Positions 29,444 to 38,267 of a stretch of DNA of 64,000 bases are shown one piece after another; within the stretch, counting starts at the first letter, position 1, and every line of letters starts with the position of its first letter. The notes under the pieces are model-generated. The model made no database searches, had not been told where the DNA came from, and worked only from the letters and a program-made list of their open reading frames with translations. Both the position numbers and the translations under genes were made by a program. The DNA lies in the NCBI GenBank assembly GCA_965204465.1, contig OZ241995.1:468144-532143 (forward strand). Reading direction: 5' to 3'. The DNA is from Leptospiria bacterium (GTDB lineage: Bacteria > Spirochaetota > Leptospiria > Turneriellales > CBDBES01).

Positions 29444-30700
29444 ATGATCAAAAAATTATCTATATTATTTTTTTTATGCACAAACGTGTCCATTATTTCC
29501 TCTGAATATTTATTGGTGCCAATGGATGATCATCAAAGAAATCATTTAAGATCGTATGGTTTGGTATATAAAGTTATTTCTTCGGGGCAAAAGGCTTCTG
29601 TTCTCTTAAACTATAGGGGGGGGGCTTTTTTAATCCCTAAAAATAAAATTTTTATTCGAATGGCGAATATCATGGGAGTAAGTTGGAGCTTATTTACTCT
29701 ACGAGAGGAAAAAAAAATAAAAAAGATCATAGAAACTCAAAATATAAATCGGCTTGAGCTGGAAAAGGCTCCTAAAATTGCCATTTATAAGCCTCCTACT
29801 TCAGAACCATGGGATGATGCGGTTACGACCGCCTTGGATTATTCTCAAATACCCTATAAGCAATTATGGGACAAAGAAGTTCTTTCTGGAGAGCTATCTA
29901 ATTATGATTGGCTTCACCTTCATCATGAGGATTTCACTGGACAATATGGTAAATTTTTTGCCTTTGCTGAAAAAAGACAATGGTATCAAAAAAGACGCCT
30001 TGAATTTGAAAAAATGGCCTTATCTCTGGGTATTAGTAAGGTAACCAAGCTTAAAACCAAAGTCGCTAAAAAAATACAATCCTATGTTGTAAGTGGTGGT
30101 TTTTTATTTGCAATGTGTTCCGCTACAGATTCAATTGATATTGCCCTATCTGCTCAAGACATTGATATTGTAGATGAAAAATTAGACGGCACTCCTGTCA
30201 CTCCTGATTTTAATAAAAAATTAAACTTTGATCATACATTTGCTTTTCAAAATTTCGAGGTTTATCCAGATCCATACGTTTATGAATTTTCAGATATTGA
30301 TGTTAATGTAGAAAAAGAAAATATTATACAAGATCAGGATTTTTTTAGTCTTTTTGAATTTAACGTTCATACTGACCCCATCCCCGCCTTGCTCACTCAA
30401 AATCATAGACGCAGGATAAAAGGTTTTTTAGGGCAAACAACTGCATTCCATTTAGACAAAATTAAACCAAGAGTATTGATTTTAGGAGAAACTCTTGGAA
30501 CAAACAGGGTTAAATATATTTATGGAAGCTATAAAAAAGGGTTTTTTAGTTTTTATGCAGGACATGATCCTGAAGATTATAAGCATCTTGTTGGAGACCC
30601 CCCCGTGAATTTGGCATTAAGGAAGAACTCACCCGGTTACAGATTGATTTTAAATAATATATTTCTACCAGCAGTAAAGAAAAAGAAAAGAAAAACCTAA
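29444..30700 (+). CDS. hypothetical secreted protein (418 aa)
   Basis: Signal peptide. Contains a G9 run (29616-29624) and a C7 run (30598-30604). The motif GGFLFAMCSATDS might be a nucleophile elbow, which is speculative. Confidence 0.6.
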   Translation: MIKKLSILFFLCTNVSIISSEYLLVPMDDHQRNHLRSYGLVYKVISSGQKASVLLNYRGGAFLIPKNKIFIRMANIMGVSWSLFTLREEKKIKKIIETQNINRLELEKAPKIAIYKPPTSEPWDDAVTTALDYSQIPYKQLWDKEVLSGELSNYDWLHLHHEDFTGQYGKFFAFAEKRQWYQKRRLEFEKMALSLGISKVTKLKTKVAKKIQSYVVSGGFLFAMCSATDSIDIALSAQDIDIVDEKLDGTPVTPDFNKKLNFDHTFAFQNFEVYPDPYVYEFSDIDVNVEKENIIQDQDFFSLFEFNVHTDPIPALLTQNHRRRIKGFLGQTTAFHLDKIKPRVLILGETLGTNRVKYIYGSYKKGFFSFYAGHDPEDYKHLVGDPPVNLALRKNSPGYRLILNNIFLPAVKKKKRKT

Positions 30701-30766
30701 AAAATATCGATTTATTATTCTCTCAAGAACTCGATACTTAATAATAAGAAGTACCAGATCAATATC

Positions 30767-31690
30767 ATGTTGAATACATTTATTAAAACAATCATTATTT
30801 TGATTTTTCTTTTCTGCCAGACTGCCTGGGCAGTATCCATTGATCAGGTATTTATTAATAGAGCTTTAAAATGGAATCGATATTTTTTAGATTTTATTAA
30901 TATTTCTGCGTCAAATTTTGGACAGGAAAATCAAATACTCGAATTCCAAAAAGCGATTCAGCATGATTTCAATGCACGTTTATGGGCGTTAAAAAATGAC
31001 TATGATCGTTCTCATAAGGAAATACGCAAGAGTCAGAATGTTTTAAAAAATTTATTCTATGATATTCTGGGGAATAGATATATTGAAGATACAGAAAGAT
31101 TATTGAATATCAGCGTTTCAGTCATTCTAAAGGCGCAAGATAAAAATGCAGAGCGATATTTAAAATTAGGATACCGTGAACTAACTATAGCCAGAAAATA
31201 TTTAACAATTGGATATAATATGAATCGTTTTTTATTTTTTAATAAAATACGATATTATCTTGATGGAATAAAGAAAAGTAGAAGAGGAAAGAAACTTGCT
31301 TTTTTAGCGCTCATAGAAAGCAAGACTCCTATGGAAGAAAAATCAGAATACAAATCACAGACTTTTGAAGAAACCTATATAGAGAAAAATGTAGAAAAAG
31401 TTTCTGAATATAACAAGATAAAAGATACTATCGCAAACCTTATGAGCCAGGATTTTTTAGAAAAAGAACTTGTTGAAGGATCTTCTTTTTTTCTTCATCA
31501 TGCAGATAATTATTCTATTATTGCAGAAGATAAAAAATCAGTGCAGCTTGAATCAATAGAAACTCTATCAACAGAAATGATGAACCTTAAAGAAAAGCAA
31601 TCCATTTCACCAGATAATTCAGAAAATGGATCAGATGACCCTCAATTTGAGGATGAACCCAGACCAAGTGATACTACAGGAGGACAATAA
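30767..31690 (+). CDS. hypothetical secreted helical protein (307 aa) with acidic C-terminal tail
   Basis: Signal peptide (LFCQTAWA). No recognised domain. Confidence 0.55.
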   Translation: MLNTFIKTIIILIFLFCQTAWAVSIDQVFINRALKWNRYFLDFINISASNFGQENQILEFQKAIQHDFNARLWALKNDYDRSHKEIRKSQNVLKNLFYDILGNRYIEDTERLLNISVSVILKAQDKNAERYLKLGYRELTIARKYLTIGYNMNRFLFFNKIRYYLDGIKKSRRGKKLAFLALIESKTPMEEKSEYKSQTFEETYIEKNVEKVSEYNKIKDTIANLMSQDFLEKELVEGSSFFLHHADNYSIIAEDKKSVQLESIETLSTEMMNLKEKQSISPDNSENGSDDPQFEDEPRPSDTTGGQ

Positions 31691-32275
31691 ATGAATTTTC
31701 GTATAAAAAGTCAAATTTTTTCATTACTATTTATGGTTTACTTTGTAGACCAATTACACGCTACCAAGAATTTTAAAAATTACCAGGAAAAAACAGAAAC
31801 AAGACTAAAACTGATCAAAATGATCTATGATAAATATCCATTACAAGATGGATCAAGTACTGCAAAGAAGCTACAAAAAAATTGGAATGATCTTCTCTAT
31901 AGCTATGAAAATAATTCCTCTGCAAAAGAGAAGGCTAAAATATTTGGCCTCGTTAAGGATCAATATACAAGGGTGAAAAAATTCATTCATTATCTTTGTG
32001 GACATCTTGAAAAATACAGTGAATACATTATAAATGAATTCGGAAACGATCCCAGAAAAAAGAATTTAGACCTTTTTCAAAAAGACATTTATCATAATAG
32101 TTATCAAGTGGCTAAACAGGAAATCCATAGAGCCAAAGTGGCTTTAAGGAAGGGGCAGTATTATTATAGTGCACATTTATTTCATAGAGGAGTTAGAATA
32201 CTGGCAAGAACGTACAAAAAAATAGAATGGGAGACTCCCGCTGTATACATAAAAATAGCCGATATTGCTAAATAA
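31691..32275 (+). CDS. hypothetical secreted helical protein (194 aa)
   Basis: TAAATG junction with the upstream gene; N-terminal hydrophobic segment. Confidence 0.55.
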   Translation: MNFRIKSQIFSLLFMVYFVDQLHATKNFKNYQEKTETRLKLIKMIYDKYPLQDGSSTAKKLQKNWNDLLYSYENNSSAKEKAKIFGLVKDQYTRVKKFIHYLCGHLEKYSEYIINEFGNDPRKKNLDLFQKDIYHNSYQVAKQEIHRAKVALRKGQYYYSAHLFHRGVRILARTYKKIEWETPAVYIKIADIAK

Positions 32276-32277
32276 GA

Positions 32278-32631
32278 TCAATATCTATCCAATACCTCTA
32301 AAAAATGAAAAGAATCAAATGGTTTAATGATAAAATCTTTTGCTCCTAAAGACATTGCCTTAACGATCAATTTTTTTTGGCCTACAGCACTAACAATGAT
32401 CACATTCGCATTCGGATCAATTTTCATGATCTCTTCTAAGGTACTAAGGCCACCTTGCTGTGGCATACACATATCAAGGGTGACTATATCAGGATTGATC
32501 TTTTTGTATAGATCAATTCCTTCTTCTCCATTTTTCGCTTCTGCTGCAATAATGTAGGGATGCTCTTCTAAAATATATCTTATACGCAATCTTATTACGG
32601 GCGCATCATCAATGATCATAATTTTTTTCAT
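32278..32631 (-). CDS. single-domain response regulator (CheY-like receiver)
   Basis: MKKIMIIDDAPVIR...DIVTLDMCMP...AKDFIIKPF carries the DD / D / K receiver residues. Start trimmed to ATG 32631 (GGGGGA upstream); the track ORF extends to 32814. Confidence 0.85.
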   Translation of the reverse strand: MKKIMIIDDAPVIRLRIRYILEEHPYIIAAEAKNGEEGIDLYKKINPDIVTLDMCMPQQGGLSTLEEIMKIDPNANVIIVSAVGQKKLIVKAMSLGAKDFIIKPFDSFHFLEVLDRY

Positions 32632-32886
32632 AATCCCCCAAACAATGGACACAAATAGCGTGTAATGAATAAAAAAAAGGAATGATCTTTCAGAAGCATA
32701 ATATTCCTCTGGAAAACTATCGATCGAAAGACAACCATAGAAGGTTTTGATCCTTTTCTCTATTCTAAGAAATGGAAAATAAAAATTACTATATGCTATT
32801 ATGTATGGCCCCAAGAGTTTAAAATCTAATATAATGTAAAGAAAAAAATAGTTGACTTCCCTTCTAGATGATAAAGTTTATCTTTA

Positions 32887-33198
32887 ATGGAAGCAATTTT
32901 AGACATTCAAAGCAAACAATATAAAGTTAAAAACGACCAAATATTATATGTAGATAAATTACCAGACAAAGTTGGCAGCGAAGTTTCTCTTTCTAATATT
33001 CTATGTATTTATGAGGGTGGTAAGATTCAAATAGGGAATCCTTATTTAAAAAAAGCAAGCGTTACGGCAAAGATATTAGAAGAAATAAGAGGGCCTAAAA
33101 TAAAAGGATTTAAATATAAAAAACGTAAAAATTACAGACGTTCATGGGGGCATAGGCAAAATTATTATAAATTACAGATAAAGTCAATTTCTATTTGA
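32887..33198 (+). CDS. rplU: 50S ribosomal protein L21
   Basis: MEAILDIQSKQYKVKNDQILYVDKL...GFKYKKRKNYRRSWGHRQ. Confidence 0.9.
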   Translation: MEAILDIQSKQYKVKNDQILYVDKLPDKVGSEVSLSNILCIYEGGKIQIGNPYLKKASVTAKILEEIRGPKIKGFKYKKRKNYRRSWGHRQNYYKLQIKSISI

Positions 33199-33255
33199 AT
33201 TAAAAAACTTTTCATATTGTGTTTATTTAAAACCCTTAGTTTTCTTTAAGAAGAA

Positions 33256-34437
33256 ATGAAGAAGTCTCATTTTATTTCTATTTCCATTCTAGTTAGTTTG
33301 ATACTATTGATCACTTTTGTGCCAAAGGCACCTGAAGAAAATGATTCTTTCGTACTATTTAATTATGATATAAACGACATCCTTGAAATTGAATTTAAGA
33401 GTGAAAAAATACATTATAAATTATGGCATACCCCAGATCATTATGCCAAAGATGGATTTTTATGGAAGGTAAAAATATTAGAAGAAAAAGGATCCATGTA
33501 TGATTTTTATGGTAATGATAATGTTAAGAGCTTATTCGACAGTGTAAAAAATCTAAAATATACAAACATAATTGAAAATAATTCTAAGAAACATGAGGAA
33601 TATGGTTTATTGGGCTGTAAATCCTCTATTTCTTTTAAAACAAGAGAAGAAGAAAAAAGAAAATTAATATGTATGGGAAGCAAAAAATATGGTGAAATGA
33701 AACAATATATTTGGCTCAAAGGAACAAAAAACATTCATATCATCGATCCTTTCTCCATTAGCTCCTTTTTTGATAATAATATTGACTCTTTAATAGATAA
33801 AAAGGTAACCCATATTAATGTAGAGAAATATGATGGTGAAATACGAATTGAATTGGAAAATTCACTTTCTTCTGAATTCCCTTTGATATTCAAGAATACA
33901 AATGGAAAATTTAAAATAGCGATTTCAAAGAGCACTAATAAATGGGAAATTGATAAATTGAGAAATATACCCACTAAGGTTCTATATAGATTTTTTTCTT
34001 TTCTCCTTGATTTTAGGTTATCTTACGTTTTAGCAGAAGAAGTTCCTAAAGAAATACAAGAAATGAAACAAGTCATAAACCCTTTGATGAATATTTCTTT
34101 TTTCACTGTAAAAAACAACGATATAAAAGAAGTAGGAAATTATAAAATATTAAAAAATCAAATAAAAAAGAAATGGAAGATCATACCTGGGGATAAAAAA
34201 GATACGAATAAAATATCTGATACAGCCCTTTTAATATCAAGCTATCAAAATGGATTATATGAAAAAAGTGAATTGGAAAACTTTAAAAGGAGTTTAAAAT
34301 CAATTGAGAACATCCTGGATAATGCAGAAAAAAATAAGGCTATACTAAGAAATCAAAAATCCGTAACGGATAAGAAAAAAGAAAGCAAACAGCCTCAAAT
34401 CCATGATCATAGTATGCATGACCATAGCATGCATTAA
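33256..34437 (+). CDS. hypothetical membrane-anchored/secreted protein (393 aa) with His-rich C-terminus
   Basis: N-terminal TM/signal segment. C-terminal HDHSMHDHSMH is encoded by a 15-bp tandem repeat. Confidence 0.55.
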   Translation: MKKSHFISISILVSLILLITFVPKAPEENDSFVLFNYDINDILEIEFKSEKIHYKLWHTPDHYAKDGFLWKVKILEEKGSMYDFYGNDNVKSLFDSVKNLKYTNIIENNSKKHEEYGLLGCKSSISFKTREEEKRKLICMGSKKYGEMKQYIWLKGTKNIHIIDPFSISSFFDNNIDSLIDKKVTHINVEKYDGEIRIELENSLSSEFPLIFKNTNGKFKIAISKSTNKWEIDKLRNIPTKVLYRFFSFLLDFRLSYVLAEEVPKEIQEMKQVINPLMNISFFTVKNNDIKEVGNYKILKNQIKKKWKIIPGDKKDTNKISDTALLISSYQNGLYEKSELENFKRSLKSIENILDNAEKNKAILRNQKSVTDKKKESKQPQIHDHSMHDHSMH

Positions 34438-34464
34438 GTTTATCTATTTTCACTCATATCACAG

Positions 34465-34935
34465 TTATTGATCTTGACTCGTGATCTGTTGTACTTTTCT
34501 TTCTCTATATTCTTTGATCTTTTGCTTTAGTTCTTGCCTCTCAAAACTCAATATCTGCACAGCAAACAGAGCAGCATTGATAGCCCCTGCTTTCCCTATC
34601 GCGAAGGTGGCCACCGGAGTACCAGAAGGCATCTGAACTGTAGAAAGTAGAGAATCTAATCCTCCTAAGGACCAGGCAGACAAGGGAACTCCTAAAACAG
34701 GTTGAACGACATACGAAGCAATCACACCCGCTAAATGAGCCGCCCCCCCAGCTCCAGCGATAAAGACTTTTATTCCCTTCTCTTGGGATTTCTCTAAATA
34801 TTCTCTTAATTGATCTGGTGTACGATGCGCAGACAATACTTTTAATTCATAATCTATACCAAAATCTTTTAGCGTATTCCCTGCATTGATCATGACATCC
34901 CAATCTGATTTGCTACCCATTATAATACTGATCAT
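34465..34935 (-). CDS. purE: N5-carboxyaminoimidazole ribonucleotide mutase PurE
   Basis: IIMGSKSDWDVM...SAHRTPD...AGAGGAAHLAGV. Start trimmed to ATG 34935 (AGAGG upstream), 1 nt after the stop of the upstream gene. Confidence 0.92.
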   Translation of the reverse strand: MISIIMGSKSDWDVMINAGNTLKDFGIDYELKVLSAHRTPDQLREYLEKSQEKGIKVFIAGAGGAAHLAGVIASYVVQPVLGVPLSAWSLGGLDSLLSTVQMPSGTPVATFAIGKAGAINAALFAVQILSFERQELKQKIKEYRERKVQQITSQDQ

Positions 34936-34936
34936 A

Positions 34937-36190
34937 TTAACCTCTGTAATTACTTGCCCAGTCAAAGGCTTTTTGTAAGCCAGACAAGGTCAATTTAATT
35001 CTTCGATCGAATACTAAATTATTGCTCGAACCTTGGGTCAAGTATTTTTCAATTTTTTCTTTATTTATATGAATATTTGTTGTATGTCTACCGTCTGGAT
35101 GTGGCTTTTCATTCAGATCCGCAAGTGAATATTCAAAAGAATTTCTCTTATAATTGCCATCCTTCTGCAAAACAGAACAATAAATTTCCACTGGCTTTGC
35201 TAAAGAAAAAGCCAAAGAACCTTCTCTTCCTTTTCGGATTACAATATTTATCGGATAGCCTGCATTTTCCCCTAAGTATAACATTTTTGAAGAAAATGCT
35301 TCATGGAATGCGGAAGATATATTTATATCTGCTTTTACAATATTGGGAAATTTCTCTAAAGTTGCCATAAAGGGTCTCTTTATAATTTTCTTTCTTAAAC
35401 CAACCCAGTGTTGCCATGCATTAGAGAATCGTCCCAGATCAAGGTAATTACCATAGTCAGATTCTTTTATTTCAGAATATGATCTTATGAAATGGCCATT
35501 CAAAGCAGAGGCTAATTTTTTTAAATTTATATCATGTTTTGGACCACTCGAATCGCCCACAATAGACACAACCCTATATCCTTTTCCAGCAAAATAATTA
35601 GCAATCAAAGGGGTGATCAAATAGTTTCGATTCACACCATCAAACGGTTCTGATAATTGAATGATCTTTGATTTTTCTTTTCCATGTATGCCATCAGAAT
35701 CAAAACGGATCGTCTTCATGAAAGCATTATATAAACCAGCATATTCTGAGTCACTTGCATATCTGACTCTTAAATAAACAGCTCCTATAGATCTGGCGCA
35801 GTCATCATTGATAGAAGACGATTTTACATCAAAAAAATAATCCCCCATTGTTTCTGCTTGAGAAATGGTCAAATATTCTCCTCTAACGATCTTCTTAAGT
35901 AATTTAGATATTTCAATAGGTATCCCAGGAGATAAATAATCCACTAAATTTTCGGAGTTTTTAAAGCAATTAGAAGAATAAAGTTTTTTTAATTTTGATT
36001 CAGAATCTGAAAATCCTTTATAAAAAAGAGCGCTTAAAAAAGCGGTTTTCTGGACTGGATCAACAGAGTTATTTTGTATATCTTCCAAAATTCTTTCAGA
36101 TAAGTCCATAGGAAGATCCCGGCTACCAAATTTACCGATGCTCGCCAATTGAATCCCCTGTACGATAGAAGATATATTAGATACTTTCAT
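34937..36190 (-). CDS. hypothetical protein with degenerate anthranilate phosphoribosyltransferase (TrpD / glycosyltransferase family 3)-like layout
   Basis: Collinear weak resemblance to TrpD: AFLSALFYKG against AFLMALRMKG, and LSEPFDGVNRNYLITPLIANYFAGKGYRVV in place of the GTGGDG..NIST..A...G..V block. Inference only. Confidence 0.5.
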   Translation of the reverse strand: MKVSNISSIVQGIQLASIGKFGSRDLPMDLSERILEDIQNNSVDPVQKTAFLSALFYKGFSDSESKLKKLYSSNCFKNSENLVDYLSPGIPIEISKLLKKIVRGEYLTISQAETMGDYFFDVKSSSINDDCARSIGAVYLRVRYASDSEYAGLYNAFMKTIRFDSDGIHGKEKSKIIQLSEPFDGVNRNYLITPLIANYFAGKGYRVVSIVGDSSGPKHDINLKKLASALNGHFIRSYSEIKESDYGNYLDLGRFSNAWQHWVGLRKKIIKRPFMATLEKFPNIVKADINISSAFHEAFSSKMLYLGENAGYPINIVIRKGREGSLAFSLAKPVEIYCSVLQKDGNYKRNSFEYSLADLNEKPHPDGRHTTNIHINKEKIEKYLTQGSSNNLVFDRRIKLTLSGLQKAFDWASNYRG

Positions 36191-36441
36191 TTTATAGGGA
36201 TAACTATTTTATGTGTTTATATATTATTCCTTTTTTATTTCTGAGTAATATTTAATTGATCGTGTTGTGTAAAGTCCAAAAAATTTGAGATATAGTCGTT
36301 TTTGGTCTAAATGTGAACACTCCTTATCTATGGTCCCAAGTGTCCACTTTATGGGGTAAGGTCACCATGCTATTAGAATGGCATTCTAATATAGTTCTCA
36401 AAGAAGTACTGTAGTAAGAAGAAAAAAATTATATTGATCCA

Positions 36442-38032
36442 CTACGGCACCACTGCAGACTTGTAGAGAGCAGCATTTTCAACCACACCCCCCACAACTA
36501 GATTCCCCACCATATAGAGAGTACTGCCTATGGCGGCCAGGCCGGTGGGAATTAAGGGTTCATTAACGCCAAATTGAATAGCACTTCCTACCCTTGTGGC
36601 TATCCCTGTGGTGGTATCCACAGTGTAGAGAAGATCATTCCAATCCCCCACCATATAGAGAGTATTGCTTATGGCGGCCAGGCCTCTGGGAAATCTTTCA
36701 CTAACGCCAAATTGGGTAGCACTTCCCACCCTTGTGGCTGCGCCTGTGGTGGTATCCACAGTGTAGAGAGCACCATTAAAGTTAAATCCATTCCCCACCA
36801 TATAGAGAGTACTGCCTATGGCAGCCAAGCCTAGGGGACTCCTTTCACTAGCGCTAAATTGGTTAGCACTTCCTACCCTTGTGGCTATCCCTGTGGTGGT
36901 ATCCACAGTGTAGAGAACAGCATTGTCAAACCCCACCATATAGAGAGTAGTGCCTATGGCGGCCAGGCCGCTGGGAAATCTTTCACTAACGCCAAATTGG
37001 GTAGCACTTCCCACCCTTGTGGCTGCGCCTGTGGTGGTATCCACAGTGTAGAGAGCACCATTAAAGTTAAATCCATTCCCCACCATATAGAGAGTACTGC
37101 CTATGGCAGCCAAGCCTAGGGGACTCCTTTCACTAGCGCTAAATTGGTTAACACTTCCTACCCTTGTGGCTATCCCTGTGGTGGTATCCACAGTGTATAG
37201 AACAGCATTCTCACCCACCATATAGAGAGTAGTGCCTATGGCGGCCAGGCCTTCGGGACGGCTTTCACTAACGCCAAATTGGGTAGCACTTCCTACCCTT
37301 GTGGCTGCGCCTGTGGTGGTATCCAAAGTGTAGAGAGCAGCAGTTCCCCTCCCCACCATATAGAGAGTACTGTCTATGGCGGCCAGGCCTCTGGGACGGC
37401 TTTCATTAACGCCAAATTGGGTAGCACTTCCTACCCTTGTGGCTATCCCTGTGGTGGTATCCACAGTGTATAGAACAGCATTCTCACCCACCATATAGAG
37501 AGTGTTGCCTATGGCGGCCAGGCCGCTGGGAATAAAGGATTCATCAAAGCCAAATTGGGTAGCACTTCCTACCCTTGTCGCCATCCCTGTGGTGGTATCC
37601 CACAGTGTATAGAACAGCATTCTCACCCACCATATAGAGAGTACTGTCTATGGCGGCCAGTCCGCTGGGGACCCTTTCATTAACGCCAAAGTCGATAGCA
37701 CTTCCTACCCTTGTAGCTACACCTGTAGTGGTATCCACAATATAGAGAGCATCATTGTCATACCCCACCATATAGAGAGTATTGCCTATAGCGGCCAGGC
37801 CGTTGGGCCGGGTTTCACGAATGCCACCGAAGTTACCAACAGTAATAAATGTACCGATGTCATCGTTGCCATTACCATTGCCATTTTTATCTCCATTACC
37901 GTTATCATCGGCACAGGAGATAGTTAAACCGATTGTCGTTATGGCTACCATCATGAAGGCTCTAATGATCCCCCCTTTACGTTTCATAATTTCTATTACT
38001 ACATTCATTTTCATTTTTTTATGACCCTCCAT
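36442..38032 (-). pseudogene. repeat-blade (propeller-like) lipoprotein gene A, interrupted by a 1-nt frameshift
   Basis: ORFs 37544-38032 (signal plus lipobox LTISC plus GNGNGN linker plus repeats) and 36442-37626 carry the same ~47-aa repeat: LYMVG..ALYTVDTTTG.ATRVGSATQFGV.E..P.GLAAIG.T. The extra C lies in ATCCC at 37597-37601, where other units read ATCC. Confidence 0.8.
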
Positions 38033-38082
38033 TGATTAATTAGAATGGCATTCGATTTTTGTAAACATGATCATTTATTAAA

Positions 38083-38110
38083 ATTCTATGAATATGAAAT
38101 AAAGAGTCAA
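38083..38110 (-). promoter_or_regulatory. sigma70-type promoter of lipoprotein gene A
   Basis: Minus strand reads TTGACT (38110-38105), 16 nt, TAGAAT (38088-38083). Lies about 50 nt upstream of the start. Confidence 0.5.
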
Positions 38111-38267
38111 GTCTTTTTTTACTATACGGTCACAAGTACCTTTCCCTTTGTTTCTTCTCTCTCCTCTTCATCCTAATGGCTGCTATGTATACCCATGCTA
38201 TTTGCAATGGCATTCCAATATAGCTCTCAAAGAAGTACCGTAAGAAGAAAAAAATTATATTGATCCA

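Noticed and set aside
32632-32814. A 61-codon N-terminal extension of the CheY-like receiver.
   Set aside because: The receiver domain starts at MKKIMIIDD with an upstream purine-rich RBS. The extension is hydrophobic junk overlapping the intergenic/promoter region.
34936-34965. A 10-codon extension of PurE that overlaps the upstream gene.
   Set aside because: ATG 34935 has an AGAGG RBS and gives the canonical M-IIMGSKSD N-terminus. The longer form would overlap the upstream gene by 29 nt.
36574-37473. Plus-strand ORFs 36574-36834, 36859-37119 and 37279-37473 (and 38809-39207, 39352-39573) with repeated HPCGCACGGIHSVE-like translations.
   Set aside because: They are antisense to the blade-repeat gene, and their repetition simply mirrors the coding repeats. 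There is no start context or signal of their own.
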